Positions 10,550-21,254 of a DNA stretch of 34,198 nucleotides are shown piece after piece; the stretch's first letter is position 1, and the number at the start of each line of letters is the position of its first letter. A program made the position numbers and the translations under genes. Location of the stretch: NCBI GenBank assembly GCA_051530055.1, contig JBMGUZ010000028.1:1-34198 (forward strand). The letters run 5' to 3'. The notes under the pieces were generated by a model, which was not told where the DNA came from, made no database searches, and saw nothing but the letters and a program-made list of their open reading frames with translations. Origin of the DNA: Neoechinorhynchus agilis. Taxonomy: Eukaryota > Animalia > Acanthocephala.

Positions 10550-10875
10550 AATGCAGAGTTTAACGTCGCAGCGTGCAATGAAAATAAATGCAATCAATCG
10601 CTTCGATTACCATTAATATATATAAATTCCGTTTCCATGACGACGGATTTGTTATTTGGATAGACTCCAAAAGACCGGGTAGCCGTGGCAATTATATCTT
10701 CATTCATCAAATCACCGTTCCTGAGCCTGAAGTCTCAATTGATGATTGGAAATCAATAAATTATCCGGTCATTTAGGGGATGCCATTTGTTGGCAAGACG
10801 TTTGAAGATACGACAGAAACGAATCGTTTTCAATGCGGTGATTTTTTTGAAATTGTGATTTAAAACTCTTGGGAG

Positions 10876-11259
10876 ATGTCTTCATATTCGGATGAATCAA
10901 TAAGTTCGACTTCCCAATTGACGAGTGATCAGCGGCAAAAAGTGATGGAAAACGTCCAGCACACAATGAACGTCCAGAATCTCCAAGAACTAATAAAGGT
11001 ATTTCATGGAGTCTTTGCAATTCACGGGCAAGAGTTTTTTATCAGCGAATGGGCGAGAGATGTTTTAAGACTTGCATTACACGACCTGGCACTACGCTTG
11101 GATCCGGCGAACAAGTAAGTTTGCACTTTATTTTAATATAAAAATTAATTTTAGAAATGCCTGTCGAATTGTCTGGATCGATATCTGGAATCCGTTGATC
11201 TCGTCTCAAAAGCGTACGTGAACCGAATCAATTCAGGTTTTAACGGAACCAGCACCTAA
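10876..11259 (+). CDS. TIMM13: Mitochondrial intermembrane-space chaperone Tim13 (98 aa; exons 10876-10998, 11046-11114, 11155-11259)
   Basis: Spliced product contains VMENVQ...NLQELIKRMGERCFKTCITRPGTTLGSGEQKCLSNCLDRYLE...VSKAY, a twin CX3C motif. The GT-AG introns of 47 and 40 nt are both phase 0. Confidence 0.95.
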
Positions 11260-11291
11260 GTACGGTAGTATCGATTAATAATAAATCCGAA

Positions 11292-14200
11292 TTTGTTTTA
11301 TATAAAGAATTTAAAACACTTAAACAATCTTGTGATAAAAGAATATACAAGATTGTGCCTCCAAAACCAATCGGAATCAATAAATTCTTTTAATTTTTTA
11401 TGTTCCAAATAAAAAGATGAAGTGTTAAATCTTTCGAAATAAAAATCGCGTAAATATCCTAATTTATCATCCGAATTTTCAGCAAGAGGATGTACAATAA
11501 TGATTTTGTTTTTTATATAAAAAATTTAAAACTCTTAAACAATATTGTGATAAAAGAATAGACAAGATTGTGCCTCCAAAACCAATGGGAATCAATAAAT
11601 TCTTTTAATTTTTTATGTGCCAACTGAAAAGATGAATTGTTAAATCTTTCGAAATAAAAATCGCGTAAATATCCTAATTTATCATCCGAATTTTCAACAA
11701 GAGGATGTACAATAATTATTTTGTTTTTATATAAAGAATTTAAAACTCTTAAACAATATTGTGATAAAAGAATAGACAAGATTGTGCCTCCAAAACCAAT
11801 CGGAATCAATAAATTCTTTTAATTTTTTATGTGCCAACTGAAAAGATGAATTGTTAAATCTTTCGAAATAAAAATCGCGTAAATATCCTAATTTATCATC
11901 CGAATTTTCAACAAGAGGATGTACAGTAATGATTTTGTTTTTATATAAAGAATTTAAAACTCTTAAACAATCTTGTGATAAAAGAATATACAAGATTGTG
12001 CCTCCAAAACCAATGGGAATCAATAAATTCTTTTAATTTTTTATGTGCCAACTGAAAAGATGAATTGCTAAATCTTTCGAAATAAAAATCGCGTAAATAT
12101 CCTAATTTATCATCCGAATTTTCAACAAGAGGATGTACAGTAATGATTTTGTTTTTTATATAAAGAATTTAAAACTCTTAAACAATCTTGTGATAAAAGA
12201 ATAGACAAGATTGTGCCTCCAAAACCAATGGGAATCAATAAATTCTTTTAATTTTTTATGTGCCAACTGAAAAGATGAATTGTTAAATCTTTCGAAATAA
12301 AAATCGCGTAAATATCCTAATTTATCATCCGAATTTTCAACAAGAGGGTGTACAATAATTATTTTGTTTTTATATAAAGAATTTAAAACTCTTAAACAAT
12401 ATTGTATTAAAAGAATAGACAAGATTGTGCCTCCAAAACCAATGGGAATCAATAAATTCTTTTAATTTTTTATGTGCCAACTGAAAAGATGAATTGTTAA
12501 ATCTTTCGAAATAAAAATCGCGTAAATATCCTAATTTATCATCAGAATTCAACAAGAGGATGTACAATAATGATTTTGTTTTTTATATAAAGAATATAAA
12601 ACACTTAAACAATCTTGTCATAAAAGAATAGACAAGATTGTGCCTCCAAAACCACTGGGAATCAATAAATTCTTTTAATTTTTTATGTGCCAACTGAAAA
12701 GATGAATTGTTAAATCTTTCGAAATAAAAATCGCGTAAATATCCTAATTTATCATCCGAATTTTCAGCAAGAGGATGTACAATAATGATTTTGTTTTTTA
12801 TATAAAGAATATAAAACACTTAAACAATCTTGTGATAAAAGAATAGACAAGATTGTGCCTCCAAAACCAATCGGAATCAATAAATTCTTTTAATTTGTTA
12901 TGTGCCAAATGAAAAGATGAAGTGTTAAATCTTTCGAAATTAAAATCGCGTAAATATCCTAATTTATCATCCGAATTTTCAGCAAGAGGATGTACAATAA
13001 TGATTTTGTTTTTTATATAAAGAATATAAAACACTTAAACAATCTTGTGATAAAAGAATAGACAAGATTGTGCCTCCAAAACCAATGGGAATCACAATAA
13101 ATTCTTTTAATTTTTTATGTGCCAACTGAAAAGATGAATTGTTAAATCTTTCGAAAATAAAAATCGCGTAAATATCCTAATTTATCATCCGAATTTTCAA
13201 CAAGAGGATGTACAATAATTATTTTGTTTTTATATAAAGAATTTAAAACTCTTAAACAATATTGTGATAAAAGAATAGACAAGATTGTGCCTCAAAACCA
13301 ATGGGAATCAATAAATGCTTTTAATTTTTTATGTGCCAACTGAAAAAAGATGAAGTGTTAAATCTTTCGAAATAAAAATCGCGTAAATATCCTAATTTAT
13401 CATCCGAATTTTCAACAAGAGGATGTACAGTAATGATTTTGTTTTTATATAAAGAATTTAAAACTCTTAAACAATCTTGTGATAAAAGAATAGACAAGAT
13501 TGTGCCTCTAAAACCAATCGGAATCAATAAATTCTTTTAATTTTTTATGTACCAAATAAAAAGATGAAGTGTTAAATCTTTCGAAATAAAAATCGCGTAA
13601 ATATCCTAATTTATCATCCGAATTTTCAACAAGAGGATGTACAGTAATGATTTTGTTTTTATATAAAGAATTTAAAACACTTAAACAATCTTGTGATAAA
13701 GGAATATACAAGATTGTGCCTCCAAAACCAATCGGAATCAATAAATTCTTTTAATTTTTTATGTGCCAAATAAAAAGATGAAGTGTTAAATCTTTCGAAA
13801 TAAAAATCGCGTAAATATCCTAATTTATCATCCGAATTTTCAGCAAGAGGATGTACAATAATGATTTTGTTTTTATATAAAGAATTTAAAACACTTAAAC
13901 AATCTTGTGATAAAAGAATAGACAAGATTGTGCCTCCAAAACCAATCGGAATCAATAAATTCTTTTAATTTTTTATGTGCCAAATAAAAAGATGAAGTGT
14001 TAAATCTTTCGAAATAAGAGTCGCGTAAATATCCTAATTTATCATCCGAATTTTCAACAAGAGGATGTACAGTAATGATTTTGTTTTTATATAAAGAATT
14101 TAAAACACTTAAACAATCTTGTGATAAAAGAATAGACAAGATTGTGCCTCCAAAACCAATCGGAATCAATAAATTCTTTTAATTTTTTATGTGCCAAATA

Positions 14201-14468
14201 AAAAGATGAAGTGTTAAATCTTTCGAAATAAAAATCGCGTAAATATCCTAATTTATCATCAGAATTTTCCTTAGAGGATGTACAGTAATGATTTTGTTTT
14301 TATATAAAGAATTTAAAACACTTAAACAATATTGTGATAAAAGAATAGACAAGATTGTGCCTCCAAAACCAATGGGAATCAATAAATTCTTTTAATTTTT
14401 TATGTGCCAACTGAAAAGATGAATTGTTAAATCTTTCGAAATAAAAATCGCGTAAATATCCTAATTTA
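11292..14468. repeat. Satellite, ~214-bp AT-rich unit x ~15
   Basis: aaatcgcgtaaatatcc recurs every 214-216 nt, 15 times; units differ by scattered SNPs and 1-2 nt indels. Confidence 0.98.
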
Positions 14469-14925
14469 AATTGACATTTTAAAGCTGAAATGTTATTTTG
14501 AATTAAAAATCTACCTTTGTAGATCGTGGATGTTTTTTCAGGACCCTGAAGAAGGAGTAAAACTCCAAAATATCGGACCAAATAAAATGCTCAAATAAGG
14601 ACGATCGAAAAGTTTTTCATAGAACCAATGGAATTTTACGAAGGACATTTTGGCGAATGCACTCTTTAATTATATTCGAGTTAAGAAAAAACTTAAATTA
14701 ACTAAAGGGAGCATTGCAGATTATGCATATCAATTTAATTAAACAATCAAATGGCTTACATGACGTCCACGAATCCATACCCGTCAGCTTCCTTGCCACG
14801 TCTTTCTCCTTCGCATTCTCATAAATTAGACGATAAACCTTAAGCCGAACTTGCATTAATTCCAAAATACGTTTATTATAAGATAATCCCGGATAAGGCG
14901 TATTTTATTATCTTTGTGATCTAGA

Positions 14926-15398
14926 AAAATACCGGTTCACATGCCAGTCGCTATATTGATCAAGTTTTTGTTTTCGAAAATGGACACTTGGGAGAGGGCT
15001 GTTGTAATGACAAAAAGAAAATCTTTATCTCCGTGTGCATTCTTCGTCTTACGCCTTCTACAGGAATTGTTAAATTAGCGACATCGAAGTGTGGACTTGT
15101 TTTGAGTAGTTCTGGGGCTTTGTCGGGCTGGCCTTCAAAACTACAATGATCGATCTACGTTTTCCTGAAATGGCCTTTGAGGCATTGAAAACGAAGTCCC
15201 CTCAATTTATTCACGATTCGTTATAAATGACGGAGGAATAACACTGTTTCGGAGAAATTCCTCAGGGAAGAGAATTCGCTGTTCTTGACCCTTTAACCGT
15301 AAAGATCGGTTTGTCCAACCGAATGTTCATAATATAAAATACTAGTTCATATGCCTGTTACTGGATTGATTAAGTTGCTGCTTTCCAAAATGGACACT
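14926..15398 (+). repeat. Pair of diverged 63-bp paralogous segments (14926-14988 and 15336-15398)
   Basis: 50/63 identical. They translate as KIPVHMPVAILIKFLFSKMDT and KILVHMPVTGLIKLLLSKMDT; 6 of the differences are synonymous. Confidence 0.6.
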
Positions 15399-15640
15399 GG
15401 AGAAATCTTTATTTTCGAGCTGGGGCGTGGAGATGGTTTCGTCAGGCTTTTCGAGCAGTTCTGGGACATAGTTTGTGGAAACGCCATCCATTCGGTCAGT
15501 CAATTTGCACTCGAAGCAACTTGGTCTACGAGATGAAATGCGAACGGTTTGCACGGCCCAGCAGGTTACATTTATCGACTTAAAATGAAATTAAACATCC
15601 TACCGGTTTGGGTCGGGGAAGCGTTGGCCCAAGCTTAATG

Positions 15641-15989
15641 CCCATGATGATACCGCAATGAGTTTATTCATCTCTTCGGATCCTCAGATACCTCCCGAGG
15701 AGGTGCCTTCGGCGGTATTTTGTCCCATCCTTTGACCAAAACTGGGATTAAAAGCTTTAGTCCACTAGACCACATCGACACAATGACGGAATGTACAAAC
15801 TTCACCACTTGAGAATGATCAAATCCTCATTTTACACCACTCGAGAAAACGCAATAGGCTGAGCCACGAATGCGTCAAAAGAGCTCGAGTATTTCAATTT
15901 ATTGACGCTGTGAGTTTGAGTTTAATACCCATGATGATACCGCAATGAGTTTATTCATCTCTTCGGATCCTCAGATACCTCCCGAGGAG
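15641..15989. repeat. Identical 62-bp direct repeats (15641-15702 and 15928-15989)
   Basis: cccatgatgataccgcaatgagtttattcatctcttcggatcctcagatacctcccgaggag occurs twice, 287 bp apart. Confidence 0.95.
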
Positions 15990-16189
15990 AATTCAACGTG
16001 TGTACGGTTAACTTAATTTACACTCGATAAATATAACCGGCTGAGCCACACAAACGTTTATAAGCATCTTTAGTATTCCGTAGAACTCCTTTTTCTATGC
16101 TGCCAAATCTTCTTGGATATCATAATCCTGAAATGATTGCGAGGAAAGATTCAAACCTAACAAACATCCACACTCCTTATAGCTTTCTC

Positions 16190-18430
16190 TCACACTACAG
16201 AGGTCGCTTTGTCATCTTGTCCTCAAAAATCAAACTTCATCCAATCGTCTTAGGTCCTCCATCACACTATCCATCTTTTTTTCGGCCTTCCCCGTTTCCT
16301 CTTCCCCTTGGTCTCAGTACGTCCGGCGCTCTATATCCAATCGTCTTCCGCTCGTTAATCGGCATGATGGAACCATCGCATTCTTTTTTTTGGCTATCAC
16401 TTCCTGCACCGGCTCGACGTCGAACATTTTTCTAGTCTCGGCATTGGGTATTTTATCCCTGTGTGTTACTCCAGCTAACCATCTCAGCATCCTCCTCCTT
16501 TTTTATAGCCCAAGTCTCCGCTGCGTATACCATTGCAAGTCTTACCACTGCTTTGTACACGCTCCGTTTGAGCTTGTTCAGGAGAAGTTTATCGCACAGG
16601 ATGCCCGTAACTCTTTTCCAGTTATTCCACCCGCATTGAACTCTTTGTCCGATCTCTGGTGCATGTTCACAGGACATGCTTAGCAGGCTGCCCAGATATT
16701 TGAAGATGTTCCTCTTTTCGACGTTAACTCCTTGCATGCCTACTTCGCCTGGTCCCATATCGTTTTGCTCCTGCTAATTTTCAGGCCATTGCTTTCTAAG
16801 CGATGTCGCCAACTCTCCAACATTTTCTCGAGTGTCACCGAGTCCCTTGCCGTGAGCACCAGATAATCTGCAAATAATATCGTCCAGGGCGCGTTCATTT
16901 CTGCATTTCCTAGGACATCGATGACTGTCGCGAACAAGAATGGGCTAAACACTGAACCTTGATATAGACCAATGGACACCTGGAAATAATCTGTCCTTCC
17001 TATTTGAAATTCCACGCTGGTGAAACACTTTTTATACATCTTTTTGATCGTGGTCACAAAATGCTCTGGACAGTTTCTCTTCCTCAAACAGGCCCAAATC
17101 AGGTCTCGGGCACGGTGTCATTTGCTTTCTCCAGGTCGATGAACACACTATGCAACGGACAATGTTTCTCATTAAATTTTTCATAGCACGAAGATAGCGT
17201 CAATTGTGCTTCTACCTGGCATAAAGCCGCGCTGGGCTTCGCTGATTTGGTACTCCTCCCCAATCCGATTGTCAACCATTCGCTCCCACAATTTCATTGT
17301 GCAGGATATCAGCTTGATGCCACCGTAATTGCTACACTGCAGAATATTTCCTTTACCCTTAAAAATCGGCTCAAGTACGCTTATTTGCCATACTGACGGA
17401 ATCTTTTGCTCTGCATCTATCTTTCGAAAGAGTCTAGTAAGCTGTTTGACTAAGAAGGCGTCCAAACATTTCCATACCTCAATCGGGATGTTATCTGGAC
17501 CGGCACTCTTACCAATCTTCATCTTTCTGATCTGCGACGTGGCTCAAGTGAGTGCATACAAGTCCAAGAGTACCTAAAAAGCAGCGCTTTACCAAATTAT
17601 GCTCATATTCGCTAAGCTGGCTCATCAGCAGTCTAACTTGTATTTATGGTTTGAACAACCGAACAACCACTATAACACGTGATTTTCGGTCCAACGTGTC
17701 CGTTGAAATCACCGGTTATCACATATCGTTCCCCCATAGTCCTTGTCAATTCAGATTGATCCAGCCAAAATTCATCTTTCTCCTCCTCGCTGCAACCGAC
17801 GCGGCCACTACTGTCGTGATTCCATTACTCACGTTTATCTTCACCGCCATAACTCGATCACTTGTTCTTTTCACTTCCATTACATCGTCGACAAGGTCTT
17901 TAGCGATTACAATACCGACCCTGTTTCTACCACTTGTTCCGCCACTATAAATTAGTTTATAACCTTCTCCAAGTTCTTTAGCCTTGCGTATTTTCCATCG
18001 TACTTCTTGTACGCCCAGTATCTGAATTTTTCTTCTCCTCATCAAATCGGCAACTTCCCTGCTTCTCCCGGTCAATGCACCTACGTTCAGGGTGCCGATT
18101 CGTATTTTGAAAGCGACTCGCTTCTTTAGCCGGACCCGTCTTTGATCCGGTAACCCGGAATAATGTTTCACAAACCCCGGACGCCGGTTTTGCGCGTCGC
18201 ATGAAGGGAACGCCCAAGTATTGGCATATATAGTTTTGGCACAGGATTTTATGGCCGGATGCCCTTCCTGACGTCAACCTTCCCCATTTCCTCGGGATTG
18301 GGACCTGCACCGAGTTTCCCCGATGGTTGGGTTTATTCACACCTCACAAACTCTCCTGCAAACAATAAACACCAATTACCACCCCGACCGGGTATTGCAA
18401 CCCGCCCGGACTCGTAATCCACCCCAAAAT
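16190..18430 (-). mobile_element. RTE-clade LINE (APE endonuclease + reverse transcriptase), frameshifted and internally deleted
   Basis: EN: IRIGTLNVG, LGVQEVRW, SDRVMAV. RT: KSAGPDNIP, KGKG...CSNYGGIKL, QRGFMPGRSTIDAIF, QGSVFSPFLF, LFADY (decayed YADD), FKYLGS, YAAETW. The 5' region has gtcaggaagggcatccggcc, which I recognise from RTE elements. Ends are approximate. Confidence 0.92.
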
Positions 18431-18753
18431 CAATAGCCAGTTTCATTTTCCAATCATAACTCGAGTGTTTATGAGGACTTAAAGGGGGACATGGGTCCTC
18501 TTCTTTTTGAATCAACAAATAAAACGTGTTATTAATATATTATTATAACATTGCATTTCAAAACTGTGGATAGCATCTTAAATTTCCAAATAATGAAAAA
18601 AATATTGAGTAGGCTGTGTGCATAATAAGGTGTGCTACACCCCAAGACACCAATAAAAAAAGAAGATTCGTTCATTCGCTAGGCATCTTATGCGCGGAAA
18701 GCTGAAGATGCAGAACATCAGACGAGAAAAGGAAGAATATATTTTCCGAATTT

Positions 18754-18763
18754 CCTTATAAGG
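18754..18763. promoter_or_regulatory. CArG box (SRF site) upstream of actin
   Basis: Perfect palindromic CCTTATAAGG (CC[A/T]6GG) 104 nt before the actin ATG; TATAA at 18811-18815. Confidence 0.7.
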
Positions 18764-18866
18764 AGATTCGTTTCCGCTTAGCGTGAAAATTATGCGAGTT
18801 TCTGGGCACATATAAGGCCGCAGTTCACGATGAGGGCACAGATCGGATCCACTAAGTACTCAAAAC

Positions 18867-19997
18867 ATGGCAGAAGAAGAAGTAGCAGCAGTCGTGATCG
18901 ATAATGGATCGGGTATGTGCAAGGCCGGATTCGCCGGGGACGATGCTCCTCGTGTCGTATTTCCGTCAATCGTTGGACGGCCCAAATACCAGGCAGTGAT
19001 GGTCGGAATGGGACAAAAGGACTCTTATGTTGGAGATGAAGCTCAGAGCAAGAGAGGAATATTGACGCTAAAGTATCCAGTTGAGCATGGCATCATTACA
19101 AACTGGGATGATATGGAGAAAGTATGGCATCATACTTTTTACAATGAACTCCGAGTTGCTCCAGAAGAGCATCCTACTCTTCAGACTGAGTCTCCATTGA
19201 ACCCAAAAGTGAACAGAGAAAAGATGACTCAAATCATGTTCGAGACTTTCAATTCACCGGCCATGTACGTGGCCATTCAGGCCGTCCTTTCTTTATACGC
19301 CTCAGGGCGAACAACCGGAGTTGTTCTGGACTCTGGGGACGGTGTAACTCATACAGTTCCCATCTACGAAGGATACGCCCTTCCTCATGCCATTCTCCGT
19401 CTGGACGTCGCTGGACGGGAATTGACCGAGTACATGATGAAAATCATGATGGAACACGGTTATGCCTTTGTCTCATCGGCAGAACGGGAAATCGTGAGAG
19501 ATATCAAGGAGAAACTGTGTTATGTGGCGCTGGATTTTGAACAAGAATTGGCTATTGCCGCAAGTTCATCATCGATTGAAAAGAGTTACGAACTTCCTGA
19601 TGGTCAAGTGATCAGCATTGGAAACGAGAGATTCCGTTGTCCTGAAGCATTGTTCCAACCTTCGTTTGTAGGAATGGAAATCCTTGGAGTTCATGAAACT
19701 ACTTTTAACTCAATAATGCGATGTGATATTGATATCCGCAAAGATCTTTATGCTAATACCGTCCTTTCGGGAGGTAGTAGCATGTACCCGGGTATTGCTG
19801 ATCGAATGCAAAAGGAAATGACTGCTCTTGCGCCAAGCACAATCAAAATTAAGATCATCGCCCCACCTGAACGTAAATACTCTGTATGGATCGGTGGATC
19901 TATTCTCGCTTCATTATCAACGTTCCAATCAATGTGGATTTCAAAAGAGGAATACGACGAAAGCGGACCTTCGATTGTCCACAGAAAGTGCTTCTAA
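18867..19997 (+). CDS. act: Actin (376 aa), intronless, divergent
   Basis: Full-length actin signatures [44 protein letters not shown] and [10 protein letters not shown]. Confidence 0.99.
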   Translation: MAEEEVAAVVIDNGSGMCKAGFAGDDAPRVVFPSIVGRPKYQAVMVGMGQKDSYVGDEAQSKRGILTLKYPVEHGIITNWDDMEKVWHHTFYNELRVAPEEHPTLQTESPLNPKVNREKMTQIMFETFNSPAMYVAIQAVLSLYASGRTTGVVLDSGDGVTHTVPIYEGYALPHAILRLDVAGRELTEYMMKIMMEHGYAFVSSAEREIVRDIKEKLCYVALDFEQELAIAASSSSIEKSYELPDGQVISIGNERFRCPEALFQPSFVGMEILGVHETTFNSIMRCDIDIRKDLYANTVLSGGSSMYPGIADRMQKEMTALAPSTIKIKIIAPPERKYSVWIGGSILASLSTFQSMWISKEEYDESGPSIVHRKCF

Positions 19998-20302
19998 GCT
20001 AACTGACCGAAATGTGGAGGCATTGTTTAGTATTTGTAGCGGTGTCACCTGCTAGAAAGTGCCAGTAAATTCTTGTTATTCTTAATTTTTTGAATTGTTG
20101 GTTAAACGAATTCAAGGAAGGCCATCATTTTCGTTGTTATGCGAAAACTAAGATAAGAATTTGCTCACTTAAAGATCTTAATTTCAATAAATATAAACTT
20201 TGCACAAAAAAACTAAGCAAAGATTAAATCGAACGGGATGTATTTTTTCGAAAACCCATTTTCTCATTACAGCTTAAAGTCGATGTGCCAGCATATATTT
20301 TT

Positions 20303-21077
20303 TTAAAAGTATTGTGGGTTATAAGTGACCCAGTGGGCTGATTTGTGTCTTTTCGCATCTTTGCAACTAGTAAACAACGACTTGTAAACACTGCTCTTTG
20401 ACGGATCATCCTGTATTTCACTCACCTCACAACGTGTTGAAATTGAACGTTTCTTTGATGGTTCATCTCCTTGATTAGCTAGATTGTTTTCTTCGTCGTC
20501 TTCATTGATCGCAATCACATCTTCGCAGTCAAAATCACGATCACAGACCAAACACTTGCTAACCTGTACCCGCTTCATAGCTCGTGCAGCCATAACGCAT
20601 CCACAAGTCCACAAAAACACGAATCGGTGACTACCGTTCATCTCAAGACCGCTTAAGACTGATACTTCAAGCTCAGCGAAAGCCAAAAGATTGATGTATC
20701 TTGTCCATTGGACAGACAAACATTCCACGGACACTCATGTCGCTTGCATCCACAGCTGATGCGTCGTTAGGAAAGTCAGGATTTAAAGTGAGTCTAAGCT
20801 CACGAGTGTCACGTTTAAGCTTCTTTATGTGTCTAAGATTTTTGAAATTCGGCGCTACGGTCGGATCCTTACGTTCAATCAGTGCAAGGATTAACTCGTG
20901 TTTATTGTAGAGACGTCCACGCCGGCACGCAACCACTGGTAATTTCAGTGGCAGCTGACTCAAAGAGCAATTGTTCCATCTTGCAGCACGAAGAGCTTGT
21001 TTGTCCTTTCGAGGCTTATGTTTCTTTGTCCGGACGAGTTCATCTCGACGGGGAATCGTACCACCATCACAACCCAT
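20303..21077 (-). CDS. RTF2: Replication termination factor 2 (Rtf2 RING-like), interrupted by a ~49-55 nt insert at ~20652-20706
   Basis: MGCDGGTIPRRDELV, CSLSQLPL...CRRGRLYNK, FVCP / GLEMNGSHRFVFLWTCGCV, CLVC, and C-terminal KSLF...SAHWVT. The two halves are in different frames. Confidence 0.93.
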
Positions 21078-21254
21078 CTAAAATAAAAATTTGGGATAAA
21101 CTGAACCAAAGAACGGAATAATAACAGTGTGCGGCCAATCGAAGAACAGTACGATCAGTTCAGAGAAATGCAGATCACCTGATATAGAAAATGAAGACCG
21201 TGTTCGAAGCCGTCCAGTGTTAAAGTGAAGAAGTGGATCAACTTCAATGGAAAG

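Noticed and set aside
10588-10776. 62-aa ORF upstream of TIMM13
   Set aside because: Short, no recognisable motif and no supporting splice structure; cannot be supported.
11292-14468. Repeated 65-98 aa minus-strand ORFs (MIPIGFGG.../NSDDKLGYLRDF...)
   Set aside because: The 214-bp unit is not a multiple of 3, the frames shift every unit and most start at non-ATG codons; these are satellite artefacts.
11292-14468. Tandem SL RNA, snRNA or 5S gene array
   Set aside because: No convincing leader/GT donor plus Sm-site arrangement and no Pol III boxes in the unit.
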